Assembly (NCBI GenBank): GCA_051959715.1
Contig: JBQCFB010000315.1
Location: 1-48,793 of the forward strand
Source: Pseudolabrys sp.
Lineage (GTDB): Bacteria; Pseudomonadota; Alphaproteobacteria; Rhizobiales; Xanthobacteraceae
Direction of reading: 5' to 3'
DNA: 48,793 nt
In this document: piece after piece, positions 27,440 to 39,280 of the stretch
How positions within the stretch are numbered: the first letter of the stretch is position 1
How the letters are laid out: every line of letters starts with the position of its first letter
The notes under the pieces: model-generated
What the model was told of the DNA's origin: nothing
Seen by the model: only the letters and a program-made list of their open reading frames with translations
Databases searched by the model: none
Translations under genes and position numbers: made by a program

Positions 27440-28846
27440 ATGACCCTTCCTGCACTCTCCGACGAGCCTTTCGACGTCGTCGTTCTCGGCGGCGGCAATG
27501 CCGCTCTTTGCGCGGCGATCACCGCGGCCCGCGCCGGCCGGCGGGTCATCGTGCTCGAGGGCGCATCCAAGTTTTACCGGGGCGGCAATACCCGCCACAC
27601 CCGCAACCTTCGCTGCTCGCATGACGGCACCGCGCCGACCATGACCGGGCCCTACGAGCAGCAGGAATTCCTCGACGATCTCTACCGCGTCACCGGCGGC
27701 CAGACCGACAAGACGCTCGCCGAGATGACCATCGCGCGCTCTCGAGACCTGCTGCCGTTCATGGACGAGCAGGGGGTGCGCTTTCAGCCGCCGCTCGGCG
27801 GCACGCTGAGCCTCGGCAAGACCAATGCCTTCTTCCTTGGCGGCGGTCGCGGCATGCTCAACGCACTCTATCGCCGGGCCGAGTCGCTCGGCGTGAACTG
27901 CATCTACGATGCGCCGGTCATCCGCCTCCAGGTCGAGGACGGTTTCTTCGTCGCGGCGACGGTCAAATATCAGGGCCGCGAGTGCGACGTGCGCGGCAAG
28001 GCGCTGGTCGCCGCCGCCGGCGGCTTCGAGGCCAATATCGAGTGGCTCAAGAAGTATTGGGGTGATGCGGCCGACAACTTCCTCATTCGCGGCACGCCGT
28101 TCAATCGCGGCGACGTACTGCGCATGCTGCTCGACAAGGGTGTCGCTCCGGTGGGCGACCCGACGCAGTGCCACGCCGTGGCCATCGACGCGCGTGCGCC
28201 CAAGTTCGACGGCGGCATCGCCACCCGCCTCGACAGCGTCGTGTTCGGCATCATGGTCAATCGCGACGCGCAGCGTTTCTATGATGAAGGCGAGGACACC
28301 TGGCCGAAGCGCTACGCCATCTGGGGCCGGCTGGTGGCGCAGCAGCCGGGGCAGATCGGCTACTCCATCATCGACTCGCAATCGATCCGCCTGTTCATGC
28401 CATCCATCTTTCCGGCGATCGACGCCGGGACCATTGCGGAGCTCGCCGGCAAGCTCTCGCTCGATCCGGCGGCGCTGACGAAGACCGTGGACGACTTCAA
28501 CGCCGCGGTCCGGCCCGGCACGTTCGACCATACGGTGCTCGACGATTGCCGGACGGAGGGGCTGGCGATCCCCAAGTCGCACTGGGCGCGCCGCATCGAC
28601 AAGCCGCCGTACTACGCCTATCCGCTGCGGCCGGGCATTACCTTCACCTATCTCGGGGTCAAGGTGAACGAGGAGTCGCGCATCATGCTCGAGGGCGACA
28701 AGCCGTCGGGCAACATGTTCGCCGCCGGCGAGATCATGGCCGGCAACGTGCTCGGTAAGGGCTATCTCGCCGGTATCGGCATGACCATCGGCGCCGTATT
28801 CGGCCGCCTCGCGGGTGAGGGGGCGGCCAAGCATGCTCGCAACTGA
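27440..28846 (+). CDS. tcuA: FAD-dependent tricarballylate dehydrogenase
   Basis: GGGNAALCAA, RGGNTRHTRN, AIDARAPKFDGGI, WPKRYAIWG, GEIMAGN. Confidence 0.9.
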   Translation: MTLPALSDEPFDVVVLGGGNAALCAAITAARAGRRVIVLEGASKFYRGGNTRHTRNLRCSHDGTAPTMTGPYEQQEFLDDLYRVTGGQTDKTLAEMTIARSRDLLPFMDEQGVRFQPPLGGTLSLGKTNAFFLGGGRGMLNALYRRAESLGVNCIYDAPVIRLQVEDGFFVAATVKYQGRECDVRGKALVAAAGGFEANIEWLKKYWGDAADNFLIRGTPFNRGDVLRMLLDKGVAPVGDPTQCHAVAIDARAPKFDGGIATRLDSVVFGIMVNRDAQRFYDEGEDTWPKRYAIWGRLVAQQPGQIGYSIIDSQSIRLFMPSIFPAIDAGTIAELAGKLSLDPAALTKTVDDFNAAVRPGTFDHTVLDDCRTEGLAIPKSHWARRIDKPPYYAYPLRPGITFTYLGVKVNEESRIMLEGDKPSGNMFAAGEIMAGNVLGKGYLAGIGMTIGAVFGRLAGEGAAKHARN

Positions 28847-29936
28847 AAACTTGCGCGAAGCCGATCGTCTCATGACGATCTGCAATGCCTGCCGCTATTG
28901 CGAGGGCCTGTGCGCCGTGTTCCCGGCGATGGAAATGCGCCGCACCTTCGCCGCAGGCGATCTCAACTACCTCGCCAATCTCTGCCACCAGTGCGGCGCC
29001 TGCTATCCGGACTGCCAGTACTCGCCGCCGCACGAGTTCAACGTCAATATTCCGGCGGCGATGGCGAAGCTGCGCAACGAGAGCTATCCCGCCTATGCCT
29101 GGCCTGGCGCGCTGTCCGGCCTGTTCCAGCGCAACGGCGTCTTCGTCACGCTCGCGACCGCGCTCAGCGTCGCGGCTTTTATCGCCGGTTTTGTCGCCTG
29201 GAGCGATCCGGCCGCGCTGTTCTCACCGGTCGCGGGCGACTTTTACCGGCTGATGCCGCACAACGCGATGGCCGGTTTGTTCGGCGCCGTCGCGCTCTAT
29301 TGCATCCTCGCTTTTGTGATGAGCCTCTCGGCCTTCTGGCGCGATATCGGCGGACCGCAATCGGCTCCCGGCGTGTCGGGCTTCTTCCGCGCGCTCGGCG
29401 ATACCTTCCACCTGACGTATCTGCATGGCGGCGGTGGCGGCTGCACCAGCGAGGGCAGCGATGCTCCGTCGCCGGCGCGGCGCATCTTCCATCATCTGAC
29501 CTTCTACGGCTTCCTGTTCTGCTTTGCGTCTACCTCGGTCGCGACGCTCTATCATTACGCCCTCGGCTGGCATGCGCCTTACGCGCTCGTTAGTGCGCCG
29601 GTCGTGCTCGGCGCCATTGGCGGGATCGGATTGATCGTCGGTCCGCTCGGCTTGCTATCGCTCCAGGCGAAGCGCGACGCGGCGCTCACCGACGTCACGC
29701 ACCGCGACATGAACACCGCCTTTATCTTGATGCTGTTCCTGACCGGGGCAACCGGTCTGCTGTTGCTCGTCCTGCGCGACACGGCTGCGATGGGCATGCT
29801 GCTCGCTGTCCATCTCGGCTTCGTCCTGGGCCTGTTCCTGAGCCTGCCCTACGGCAAGTTCGTGCATGGCCTCTATCGCTTTCTGGCGCTGGTGAAATAT
29901 GCCGGTGAGCGTCGGCACGGCACGTTCATCGAATAG
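28833..29936 (+). CDS. tcuB: Tricarballylate utilization 4Fe-4S membrane protein
   Basis: CNACRYCEGLC and CHQCGACYPDC clusters, multiple TMs, PYGKFVH; overlaps tcuA end. Confidence 0.9.
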   Translation: MLATENLREADRLMTICNACRYCEGLCAVFPAMEMRRTFAAGDLNYLANLCHQCGACYPDCQYSPPHEFNVNIPAAMAKLRNESYPAYAWPGALSGLFQRNGVFVTLATALSVAAFIAGFVAWSDPAALFSPVAGDFYRLMPHNAMAGLFGAVALYCILAFVMSLSAFWRDIGGPQSAPGVSGFFRALGDTFHLTYLHGGGGGCTSEGSDAPSPARRIFHHLTFYGFLFCFASTSVATLYHYALGWHAPYALVSAPVVLGAIGGIGLIVGPLGLLSLQAKRDAALTDVTHRDMNTAFILMLFLTGATGLLLLVLRDTAAMGMLLAVHLGFVLGLFLSLPYGKFVHGLYRFLALVKYAGERRHGTFIE

Positions 29937-29957
29937 TCGGGAAAGCATCCTGATATG

Positions 29958-29988
29958 AAAAACGCGCCGGCTTTTGACCGGCGCGTTT
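29958..29988. terminator. Probable bidirectional terminator
   Basis: AAACGCGCCGG-loop-CCGGCGCGTTT between convergent tcuB and BA14K genes. Confidence 0.7.
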
Positions 29989-30010
29989 CGATTCGGATGT
30001 CAGGCGTCGT

Positions 30011-30382
30011 TTACGGGCAGGGGTGACGAACGCCGTCATAGCCGAGATAAGTGCCGCTCGCCGGGTCGTAGGAGCGGTAGCGCTGCTCGCAATAGGCTTC
30101 CGCGCCGCCGCCGGACCGCTCCACCACGACCGGACCGGGTGCATAGTCGTAGCCATAGGCCGGACCGTAATCGTACCCATATCCGCCGTAATAGGGCCCC
30201 GAGGCGAGCGCGCCCCCGATGATCGCGCCGGCGGCGAAGCCGCCAAGCGCGCCGCCCCACCCGCCGCCATGGTGCCAGCCGCCGTGATGGCCGCCGTGCC
30301 AATGCTGCGCCTGGGCCGGCGCCGCGGCGAAGGCAACGGTCGCGGCGAGCGCAGCAACCGCGAGTGTCAGTTTCGAAGTCAT
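30011..30382 (-). CDS. BA14K-family secreted protein
   Basis: Signal peptide, Gly/His/Tyr-rich region, C-terminal YCEQRYRSYDPASGTYLGYDGVRHPCP. Confidence 0.9.
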   Translation of the reverse strand: MTSKLTLAVAALAATVAFAAAPAQAQHWHGGHHGGWHHGGGWGGALGGFAAGAIIGGALASGPYYGGYGYDYGPAYGYDYAPGPVVVERSGGGAEAYCEQRYRSYDPASGTYLGYDGVRHPCP

Positions 30383-30477
30383 CGCAAGGTCTCCATGTGA
30401 TGTCTGGTAAACAACGCGTCGCGCGCCGCGCCCGTTCCGAATCTTACGGAGATGCAACCTTTCGACGCAGGCGTGAC

Positions 30478-30510
30478 AGAAAAAGGCCGCGCTTTCCGGG
30501 CGCGGCCTTT
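30478..30510 (-). terminator. Intrinsic terminator after lon
   Basis: AAAGGCCGCGC/GCGCGGCCTTT stem, U tract on minus strand. Confidence 0.75.
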
Positions 30511-30535
30511 CGTGTTTGTGGCGGTGCGGAGGCGC

Positions 30536-32965
<2,430 letters not shown>

Positions 32966-32978
32966 CGCGCGCAGATTT

Positions 32979-33398
32979 TCAGATTGAACCACGGGAATTC
33001 CCTTTCTCAAGGGTGATCAGCAGACAGCCATTCGCCATCGACCGGCGGACATTGGCGTAGCGTCCCGCCGGCAGCCGGACCCTTCGTTCGAAGCGGCCCT
33101 GCGGTAGTTCCAGACGATGAATGGTCGCGGTTTGCAGCTCGTTCGGCAGGATGCGAAGGCCGGCCACCACGAGGCAGCCGTCGTCGATCACAGCCTCGAC
33201 CCGCTCCGGGTCGACGCCGGGCAGGGCGATGAAGACGAGGACCGCGCGGTCCGTCTCCAGCACGTCGACCGGCGGCTCCCAGGTCGGAATGCGCGCGGCC
33301 GTCCGGCCCGGGCGGAAGAACTCTCGGTGCATCCGCTCGGCCCGGGCCAGCATCTCGCAGGCCTCCGACCACATCCAATCGTTGCGAAAGTCCGTCAT
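32979..33398 (-). CDS. Hsp20/alpha-crystallin family small heat-shock protein
   Basis: WEPPVDVLET, ALPGV, ELPQGRFERRVRLP, NGCLLITL. Confidence 0.85.
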   Translation of the reverse strand: MTDFRNDWMWSEACEMLARAERMHREFFRPGRTAARIPTWEPPVDVLETDRAVLVFIALPGVDPERVEAVIDDGCLVVAGLRILPNELQTATIHRLELPQGRFERRVRLPAGRYANVRRSMANGCLLITLEKGNSRGSI

Positions 33399-33614
33399 GA
33401 ACACCTTCCGCCCTCATTTGATAGCGGCCGCCCGGACTTCAATGGACCGTTGCCTGCCGGGCGGGCAGGGCAGCCCGGCTGCCTCATCGTTGGGCGGTGG
33501 CAAATGGTTCGCTTCCGGGCCTGTGCATAACGGGCACAACTTGAGCCACGTCAGAACTTGGTAACGAGGTGGGTGTTCTCAAGGGGGCGGTATGAGGCGA
33601 GCGGAGGGTTCGAA

Positions 33615-33881
33615 ATGGCTTCGACACGTCGGCTCCCGGACCGGTTTCCGGACGGGACCAAATATGTCCTCGAGAGCGAGGGCGGCATGGTCCGCCGCTA
33701 CGTCGAGTTTCCCGACGGCCGGAAGGTGATGCTCGCCAGCCGCAAGGCCGCGGTCTGCGTCTGCCCCGATCTGCAGAGCGTCAGCATCGTCCCCGCCGTC
33801 ATCGAGACATCCGTGCCGCGCAAGCGCGTCATGGCCAAGGTTGCACCCCGGCGCACCGCCCGCGCCCTCGCGCACGCCTGA
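33615..33881 (+). CDS. Hypothetical protein (88 aa)
   Basis: GGAGGG RBS; high-GC3 codons; internal FPDG repeat and CVC motif. Confidence 0.65.
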   Translation: MASTRRLPDRFPDGTKYVLESEGGMVRRYVEFPDGRKVMLASRKAAVCVCPDLQSVSIVPAVIETSVPRKRVMAKVAPRRTARALAHA

Positions 33882-33958
33882 CGAGTTCCGCCGGCGTGAC
33901 AAGGCCGGCCAAACCGCATAAGACCGCTGCCGTTCTTTGAACTGAGAGAACGGAGCGG

Positions 33959-35206
33959 ATGGCGGCCGGAACGCTGATCATCGGCGCAGGGCAGGGCGGT
34001 TACCAGGTCGCCGCGTCCTTGCGCGAGGCGGGCTACACGGACCCCGTCACCATTGTCGGCGACGAGCCGGCGTATCCCTACCAACGGCCGCCTTTGTCGA
34101 AGGCGTATCTGCTCGGCGACACCACGGCCGAGCGGCTCCTGCTGCGGCCGCCCAGCTATTACGAGAAGCATGCGATCGGCGTCGTCACCGGCGACAGGGC
34201 CGCTGCGATCGACCGCGCCGCGCGCGGCGTCACCTTCGCCTCGGGCAAGGCGCTTCCCTACGATCACCTCGTGCTCGCTACCGGCGCGCAGAACCGCAAG
34301 CTGCCCGTGCCCGGCGCCGAGGCCGACGGCGTGCTCTACCTGCGCACGCTCGCGGAGGCCGACGCCATCAAGGATCGCTTCCACGCCGCGCAGCGCATCG
34401 TCGTCGCCGGCGCCGGCTTCATCGGCCTCGAGCTCGCCGCTGTCGCCTCCAAGTTCGGCAAGGCCGTGACCGTCGTCGAGGCGCTGTCGCGCTGCATGAG
34501 CCGCGCCGTGTCCCCGGTCGTGTCGCACTTCTTCGCCGAGGCGCACCAGGCCTGGGGCACGACGCTGATGCTCGAGGCGCGCATCGCCGCGGTCGACACC
34601 GCGGATGGCCGCGCCTCCGGCGTCACCACTGCCGACGGCCGCAGCGTGCCGGCCGATCTCGTCCTCGTCGGAATCGGCATCGTGCCGGAGGCGGCGCTGG
34701 CGCAGGCGGCAGGTCTCGCGCTCGACAATGGCATCGCGGTCGATGCGCATCTCGTCACCTCGGACCCGAACATCTCGGCCATCGGCGACTGCGCCTCGTT
34801 CCCGGACGCCGCGACAGGCAAGCGCATCCGTCTCGAATCCGTGCAGAACGCCGTCGACCAGGGGCGCTGCGTCGCCGCCCGCATCGTCGGCAAGCCGTCC
34901 GTCTACGCCGCCTTGCCCTGGTTCTGGAGCGACCAGCGCGATCTCAAGCTCCAGATGGTCGGCCTGACCTCGGGCTGCGAGCGCACCGTCGTGCGCGGCG
35001 ATCTCGCCGCGCGCGCCTTCTCGGTGTTCTGCTTCAACGGCGACCAACTGATCGGCATCGAGAGCGTCAACCGCGCCGCCGATCACATGTTCGGCCGCCG
35101 GCTGCTCGCGGCCGGCCAGTCGATCCTCCCCGAGGAAGCGGCCGATCCCGATTTCGATTTCAAGGCGCGCCTCGCATCGCTGCCGCGTCCCGCTGCCGCC
35201 GGCTGA
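33959..35206 (+). CDS. FAD/NADH-dependent ferredoxin reductase (putidaredoxin/rhodocoxin reductase-like)
   Basis: GAGQGG, PYQRPPLSKAYL, GAGFIGLE, AIGDCA, RLESVQNA, PWFWSDQ. Confidence 0.92.
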   Translation: MAAGTLIIGAGQGGYQVAASLREAGYTDPVTIVGDEPAYPYQRPPLSKAYLLGDTTAERLLLRPPSYYEKHAIGVVTGDRAAAIDRAARGVTFASGKALPYDHLVLATGAQNRKLPVPGAEADGVLYLRTLAEADAIKDRFHAAQRIVVAGAGFIGLELAAVASKFGKAVTVVEALSRCMSRAVSPVVSHFFAEAHQAWGTTLMLEARIAAVDTADGRASGVTTADGRSVPADLVLVGIGIVPEAALAQAAGLALDNGIAVDAHLVTSDPNISAIGDCASFPDAATGKRIRLESVQNAVDQGRCVAARIVGKPSVYAALPWFWSDQRDLKLQMVGLTSGCERTVVRGDLAARAFSVFCFNGDQLIGIESVNRAADHMFGRRLLAAGQSILPEEAADPDFDFKARLASLPRPAAAG

Positions 35207-35264
35207 GATTGGCGTCGCGCCGCCGCCTCGGCTACGGTCCCACGGTCCCGCCCCGAGGCCTGCC

Positions 35265-36146
35265 ATGCAGCTCTTTACCACCTCCGAAGCCGCTCAATAT
35301 CTGCGCCTGAAAGAGCGCAAGATTTACGAGATGGTGGCGGAGGGCACGATCCCGTGCACCAAGGTCACCGGCCGCTGGCTGTTTCCGAAAGCGGAATTGG
35401 ACCATTGGCTGGCGTCGAGCATTCAGCGGCCGCCGGGCCTGTCGCGCCCGGAGCCGGCGCCGATCGTCGCCGGCAGTCACGATCCGCTGCTCGAATGGGC
35501 GTTGCGCGAGAGCGGCTGCGGCCTTGCCACGCTGGCTGTCGGCAGCGAGGCGGGCTTCCAGCGCTTCCTTGCCGGCGAGGCGATCGCCGCCGGCATGCAT
35601 CTGCACGCGCTCGACGATCCGGAGGCCGACGCCAATGTCGCGGCGCTGAAGGCGCGCAGCGACGTCGGCGACGCGGTGCTGATCGGGTTCTGCCGCCGCG
35701 AGCAGGGCTTCCTTGTGCCCTCCGGTAATCCGATGAAGATCAGGAAGGTCGAGGACGCGATCGAGCGCCGCGCCCGCATCTGCATGCGGCCGAAGGGCGC
35801 TGGCGCGCAGCTTCTCCTGCTGGCGCTGCTCGAGCGCGCCAAGTCGAACGTCGAGGCGGTGCAGATGGGGCCGATGTGCCCGACCGGCCCCGACATCGCC
35901 CAGGCGATCCGCGCCGGCCGCGCCGACACCGGCGTCGCGACGCGCTCGGTCGCCAACGCCGCCGGCCTCGATTTCGTGCCGATCGTCTGGGAAACGTTCG
36001 ATCTGCTGATGCGCCAGCGCGATTATTTCCGCCCGGCGCTGCAGACGCTGATGCGTTTCCTGCGGTCCGACGGGCTTGCCGCGCGCGCCGGCGAGATGGG
36101 CGGCTTCGACCTTGCGACCGCCGGCGCTGTGCGGTTTGTGAACTGA
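35265..36146 (+). CDS. Transcriptional regulator: excisionase-like HTH plus molybdate/tungstate PBP-like domain
   Basis: TTSEAAQYLRLKERKIY, TGRWLF; AGSHDPLL, REQG, RPKGAGAQ, GLDFVP. Confidence 0.85.
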   Translation: MQLFTTSEAAQYLRLKERKIYEMVAEGTIPCTKVTGRWLFPKAELDHWLASSIQRPPGLSRPEPAPIVAGSHDPLLEWALRESGCGLATLAVGSEAGFQRFLAGEAIAAGMHLHALDDPEADANVAALKARSDVGDAVLIGFCRREQGFLVPSGNPMKIRKVEDAIERRARICMRPKGAGAQLLLLALLERAKSNVEAVQMGPMCPTGPDIAQAIRAGRADTGVATRSVANAAGLDFVPIVWETFDLLMRQRDYFRPALQTLMRFLRSDGLAARAGEMGGFDLATAGAVRFVN

Positions 36147-36171
36147 CGCGGCGCGCGCTAGAACCTCGCGC

Positions 36172-36561
36172 ATGACCGACGCAAAGAACGACTCCTGGCC
36201 GACCGAGCTGCGCCTCGGCAAGGACAAGAAGACCTTGACCGTCTCGTTCGACAATGGCGAGAAGTTCGAACTGCCGGCCGAATATCTGCGCGTGAAAAGC
36301 CCGAGCGCCGAAGTGCAGGGCCATTCCCCCGACGAGCGCAAGACGGTTCCCGGCAAGCGCGACGTCGCGATCCTGGAAATCCTGCCGGTCGGCAATTACG
36401 CGGTGCGGCTCGTCTTCGACGACATGCACTCGACCGGCATCTTCGACTGGAATTATCTCGCCGGGCTCGGGCGCAATCGCACGAAATTCTGGCAGGAATA
36501 TCTCGACGAATTGGCATCGAAGAATCTGACGCGCGATCCGCCGCCGCGGCGCGCGTCGTAA
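36172..36561 (+). CDS. DUF971 / gamma-butyrobetaine hydroxylase N-terminal-like protein
   Basis: EYLRVKSPSAEVQGH, PVGNYAV, FDDMHSTGIFDW. Confidence 0.88.
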   Translation: MTDAKNDSWPTELRLGKDKKTLTVSFDNGEKFELPAEYLRVKSPSAEVQGHSPDERKTVPGKRDVAILEILPVGNYAVRLVFDDMHSTGIFDWNYLAGLGRNRTKFWQEYLDELASKNLTRDPPPRRAS

Positions 36562-36577
36562 CGAGGGAAGAACCGTG

Positions 36578-36697
36578 ATGGCTCAGGTCGAAACGGAAAA
36601 CGGAGCGCCCGAACGCATCGGCAAGCTGATCGGCGACGTGCTCGCCGGCCTGATCATGCTCGCCGTTGTCGTGATGATGGTGGTGCAGTTCGCCTGA
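36578..36697 (+). CDS. Small C-terminally anchored membrane protein (39 aa, MAQVETENGAPERIGKLIGDVLAGLIMLAVVVMMVVQFA)
   Basis: Translated by hand; GAGGGA RBS; C-terminal hydrophobic helix; fills gap between DUF971 gene and tRNA. Confidence 0.55.
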   Translation: MAQVETENGAPERIGKLIGDVLAGLIMLAVVVMMVVQFA

Positions 36698-36742
36698 CGC
36701 GAAGGCCGCCGCTGCGTCGCTTCTCGCTGTCGGGAGGCGCGA

Positions 36743-36817
36743 TGGTGGGCGGTGTAGGGATTGAACCTACGACCCCACCCGTGTGAAGGGTGTGCTCTCC
36801 CGCTGAGCTAACCGCCC
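36743..36817 (-). tRNA. tRNA-Val (anticodon CAC)
   Basis: GGGCGGTTAGCTCAGCGGGAGAGC...CACCC-TTCACAC-GGGTG...GGTTCAATCC...CCGCCCACCA; cloverleaf with encoded CCA. Confidence 0.97.
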
Positions 36818-36931
36818 GGGCCACCAAGCGTGGCGGGTATAGAAAATGCGCCGGAAGGGGTCAAGCGATCCGGCGCATCCTGTTCTCTTGTCAGCCGATT
36901 TAGGGGCGCCGCCATGCGGCGCCCGGCAGCG

Positions 36932-38239
36932 TCAGTTCCGCGTCTGCGGCTCGTCGGCGCCGGCCCGCGGCGACTGCGATTGCAGGGCGCGGATGCGGTC
37001 GGCGAGATTGCCGGAGGCCGGGGCATCGGCCGCCAGCGTGACGTCGCCGTGGACGGTGACCGGCGCGCTCGCCTGCGCTACGGCGCGGTCGCGCGCGCTC
37101 TCGGCGGCGAGGATGGCGTCGATCGTCGAGTTCGGGCCCTCGAGGCTCGAGGCGAGCCGCGCCACTTCCGCCGCCACGTCGTTGATGCGCTCGCGCAGCA
37201 GCGCGTTCTCGACGCGCTCGTTGGCCCAGGTCTCTTCGGTCTCGCGCTTCATGTTGGCGAGGTCGCGGGCCATGCGGTCGCGGTCTTCCTTGGTGTGCTC
37301 GAGCTCGGCCGCAAGCTGGGCGTTCTCGGACTTGAGCTTCTGCGTTGCCGTCGACGAGCGGCCGTCGAGCTCGGCGATGGCCGTGCGGAGATCGGATTCC
37401 GTCTTCTGCGCGGTCTCCATCTGGCCGCGGATCTGGCGCAGCTCGAAGTCGCTTTCGGTGAGGAGGCGGGTCTGCTCGGTCAGCCGGTTCTCGAGGTCCT
37501 GGGCGCGGCGGCCGAGGATTTCGGCTTCGGTGGTCTGCGCCACCAGCGCCTGCTCGAGCTCCGACACGCGGCGGCCGAGGTTCTCGACCTTGCCGCGCTC
37601 TTCCGACAATTCGTGCGTCGCGGCCTTGAGCTCGACACGCTCATTGTCGCGGCGGTCTTCGACGGCGCGCAGATCGTTGCCCGCTTCGGTCAGGCGCGTC
37701 TTGAGCGCGTCGACCTGCTCCTTGAGCGCGACGATCTCGACGCGCTGCGAATCCGCGAGCGACGACTTCTCGTCGTACTGGCCCATGAAGCGGGCGAGCT
37801 CGGCTTCCTTCTCGGTCAGCGCGCGCTGCGCCTCGAGCATGGTGTTGGTCTTGACGGCGAATTCTTCTTCGGTGGCACGCAGCTGGTCGCGCAGCGCCTT
37901 GTCGCGCGCTTCGAGCGCGAAGATCGTGGCGGTCTTCTCGCCCAGTTCGATCTTGAGGCGGTTGATGGCGTCGCTCTTCTTGCCGAGCTCGGCGAGCTGG
38001 CCGGTGCTCTTCATCTTGAGCTGCTCGACGCTCATTTCGAGGCGGCGTGTCGACATCGCGAATTCGGCGCGGAGCTGGTCCTTGTCGGCCTGGATCTCGG
38101 CCATGGACAGGGGCGTCGCGGCCTCGAGCCGGCGCATGGTCAGCCGGACGGCGCGGTTATGGACGAGCGGAACGACGACGAGCCCGATCAGGGCGGCGAC
38201 GAGAAAGCCGATCCCGAAATACATGATCGGTTCAATCAT
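36932..38239 (-). CDS. N-terminally membrane-anchored long coiled-coil protein
   Basis: TM MYFGIGFLVAALIGLVVVPL followed by long E/K/L/A-rich heptad region; GGAGG RBS. Confidence 0.85.
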   Translation of the reverse strand: MIEPIMYFGIGFLVAALIGLVVVPLVHNRAVRLTMRRLEAATPLSMAEIQADKDQLRAEFAMSTRRLEMSVEQLKMKSTGQLAELGKKSDAINRLKIELGEKTATIFALEARDKALRDQLRATEEEFAVKTNTMLEAQRALTEKEAELARFMGQYDEKSSLADSQRVEIVALKEQVDALKTRLTEAGNDLRAVEDRRDNERVELKAATHELSEERGKVENLGRRVSELEQALVAQTTEAEILGRRAQDLENRLTEQTRLLTESDFELRQIRGQMETAQKTESDLRTAIAELDGRSSTATQKLKSENAQLAAELEHTKEDRDRMARDLANMKRETEETWANERVENALLRERINDVAAEVARLASSLEGPNSTIDAILAAESARDRAVAQASAPVTVHGDVTLAADAPASGNLADRIRALQSQSPRAGADEPQTRN

Positions 38240-38358
38240 GAAACAGCGCCTCCAACTCACCCTTACCCGGTAACCCCATGCGACCCTGACACGGTAAAGT
38301 GGTGTCTACCAGCGCAAGCCGAGATTAACCTAAACCCGGCGCCGCGTCGTCATAACTT

Positions 38359-38473
38359 GTCATTCCGGGGGCCGAGCGAAGCGAGGCAACCCGGAATCCA
38401 GAGCAAAGCTATGAAGGCTGGCAGTGTTCCCTGGATTCCGGGTTCACGCGCTGCGCGCGTGCCCCGGAATGAC
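38359..38473. repeat. Palindromic intergenic element (REP/RIME-like)
   Basis: Terminal IR GTCATTCCGGGG/CCCCGGAATGAC; inner IR AACCCGGAATCCAG/CTGGATTCCGGGTT. Confidence 0.85.
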
Positions 38474-38481
38474 GAGAGGGG

Positions 38482-39186
38482 TCAGAACGGGTTCCACGTC
38501 GCCTGCGGCGTGAACTTGAGATAGCCGACGTTGGCGCCGAGCCTGAAGCCGACGCCGGAGCGGATCGGCACGATGACGATGTTGTTCGCGGTCAGCGCCG
38601 TCATGCCGAAACCGCCGATGAAATAAGCCGATCCATCGATGCCGGCGAAGCGCTGATAAATCGATTCCGTCGCGGGCAGGTTGTACACGAGCATCATCGT
38701 GCGGGCGCCTTCGCCGCCGGTGTCGAAGCCGACCGACGGGCCTTCCCAGAACACGCGGCGGTCGCCGGCGTTGCGCGTGTAGAGCTTGCCGTCGCCGTAA
38801 CGCAGCCCGACCACGAAAGCGCCGGAGCCTTCCTGGCCGAGAATGTAGCCGTTCGGCTCGCCCCAGCGGCTGACCGCCTTCTCGACGACCTGCGCGAGGC
38901 CGCGCGACACGGTGCCGAAGAACTTGTGGCCTTCGCGCACGATCTCTTCCGGCCGGAAGGTGTCGCGGCTGTGCCGTTGCGGCGGCGGGCCGGGAACCTG
39001 CTGCGGCTGGGAGTACTGCTGCGGCGGCGGCGAATATTGCTGCTGCGGAGGCGGCGAATAGGGCTGCTGCGGCGGCGGCACGTATTGCGGCTGCGGTTGC
39101 GGCGGGGCGCCCTGGGCAGAAGCAAAGCCGGAGCCGAGACTGACGAGGCACAGGCTCATTGCCGCCAGCCGCAAGGTCGCGCGCAT
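38482..39186 (-). CDS. eipA: DUF1134 protein, envelope integrity protein EipA (alternative start 39198)
   Basis: PNGYILGQEGSGA, GLRYGDG, WEGPSVGFD, GYLKFT..TWNPF; signal peptide plus PPPQQ repeats; near chpT/ctrA. Confidence 0.85.
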   Translation of the reverse strand: MRATLRLAAMSLCLVSLGSGFASAQGAPPQPQPQYVPPPQQPYSPPPQQQYSPPPQQYSQPQQVPGPPPQRHSRDTFRPEEIVREGHKFFGTVSRGLAQVVEKAVSRWGEPNGYILGQEGSGAFVVGLRYGDGKLYTRNAGDRRVFWEGPSVGFDTGGEGARTMMLVYNLPATESIYQRFAGIDGSAYFIGGFGMTALTANNIVIVPIRSGVGFRLGANVGYLKFTPQATWNPF

Positions 39187-39280
39187 CGAAGACTCCATGA
39201 AGGTGGGAAACCCTTTAACCGGATGAACACGCCGGGCGCCCTAGGGTCGGCGCTCGAGCGAGCAGCCCCGAATCGTCCCA

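Noticed and set aside
36743-36817. tRNA-Val as an integration site of a genomic island
   Set aside because: No integrase and no duplicated tRNA 3' end noticed; the excisionase-like HTH at 35265 is part of a PBP-fused regulator
38995-39110. PPPQQQYS repeats in EipA
   Set aside because: Ordinary low-complexity linker after the signal peptide
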